NCBI GenBank assembly: GCA_963772095.1
Contig: CAVYVU010000010.1
Location: 3,917 to 67,916 of the forward strand
Origin: an uncultured Thermoleophilia bacterium
GTDB lineage: Bacteria > Actinomycetota > Thermoleophilia > RBG-16-64-13
DNA: 64,000 nucleotides
Reading direction: 5' to 3'
The translations under genes and the position numbers were made by a program. The notes beneath the pieces were generated by a model. It worked only from the letters and a program-made list of their open reading frames with translations, was not told the DNA's origin and did not search any database. Below are positions 63,246 through 64,000 of the stretch, one piece after another. Numbering within the stretch: the first letter of the stretch is position 1; every line of letters begins with the position of its first letter.

Positions 63246-64000
63246 TTGCCCACCTGGTCGACTCCACTCTCGCCTCTCGAGGCAACGAGCGCCAGGAACG
63301 GCCTGCTCCAGCGCTCTGGACCCGCGGGTGAAGCTCGTCTCCTTGGTGGGCCTGGTGATCGTAGGCGTGCTCGCCCATCGTCTCGTCACTCTGGGCGCGC
63401 TCGTCGCGCTCTCCGTGGTCCTCGCCTTGGCTTCGCGACTTGGTCTGCGGCGTCTGGCCGTGCGCGCCTGGATCTTCATCCCCCTCTTCACCGCTGTGAT
63501 CGCCCTTCCCGCCATCACCAACTGGGTGAGCCCCGGTCGGCCCTCTCCTGACCTTGTGGCAGGGCAGCCACGCCGTCGCTGGGGCCCCTCCACCTTCCGG
63601 GCACGCTCGCCATCACCGAGCCCGGTCTCCTGAGCGCGGCGCACCTTGTTCTTAGGGTCACCGCCGTGGTCTCTTTTGCCGCTCTTCTGACCCTGACCAC
63701 CAAGTGGAACGATCTGCTTAGATCCTTGCGCGTCGTGCGCGCTCCCAAGATGTTCGTGTTCGTGCTCGCCATGGCCTACCGCTACGTCCACCTCTTGGCC
63801 CGTTTGCTGCGGGACATGCTGCTCGCTCGCAAGAGCCGCATGGTGGGCCCCAGCAGTGCGGCCGAGAATCGGCGTTTCCTCGGCGCTAGCGCGGCGGCCC
63901 TTTTTGGCAGATCCCAGGCCATGGGTGAGCAGGTGTACAGCGCCATGCTGGCCCGAGGCTACCAAGGTGAGGTGCACACGCTGGAGAACTGGCGTCTTCG
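63246..64000 (+). pseudogene. cbiQ: ECF transporter T component CbiQ/EcfT (3' end beyond the window), at least 2 frame breaks
   Basis: TTG at 63246 after AGGAGG. LDPRVKLVSLVGLVIVGVL.. signature, later ..VVSFAALLTLTTKWNDLLRSLRVVRAPKMFVFVLAMAYRYVHLL..ARGY in another frame. Confidence 0.7.

Overview
High-GC chromosomal window (G+C judged by eye, not computed). About 55 protein genes and one tRNA, mostly on the minus strand. The backbone is the conserved Bacillota-type housekeeping block, in B. subtilis order: PPIase, mfd, pth, ctc, prs, glmU ... ispE ... ksgA, tatD, metG, rsmI. The sporulation genes that sit in that block in Bacillus (spoVG, spoVT, veg, abrB) are absent. Accessory material is inserted after glmU and after ispE: tRNA-Gln, a lower-GC orphan islet, a PRC-barrel gene and an SLH surface protein. 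The rest is metabolic and accessory: an lsrF-like aldolase / rpe-like / aldolase-SDR / ltaE cluster; SOS-boxed dinB; an IclR + Liv-type ABC + AprAB-like flavoprotein-ferredoxin + MFS unit; a DUF3524 (QTMAN-like) glycosyltransferase with galE; nfo; a B12-radical-SAM, orphan parA and ftsZ run; a two-component system; gcvPA-gcvPB-mgtA; a STAS/RsbW pair; selD with an MFS gene; and a split cbiMN / Fur / cbiQ locus. Three points stand out. (1) selD contains an in-frame TGA at the conserved Cys/Sec position, followed by a hairpin, so this organism probably decodes selenocysteine; the ORF track truncates the gene. (2) Roughly 50-60 reading-frame breaks (counted by eye) are strongly clustered: the liv operon, mfd and the cbi locus are riddled, while 8-10 kb housekeeping stretches are clean. 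This is either locally poor consensus or real gene decay. (3) Several gene contexts have no described function: the AprAB-like pair in a transport operon, orphan ParA coupled to FtsZ, the QTMAN-like glycosyltransferase with galE, and an asparaginase-II::GNAT fusion. No CRISPR array, rRNA, transposase or integrase was seen. All family calls rest on motif recognition by eye. Boundaries of frame-broken genes are approximate.
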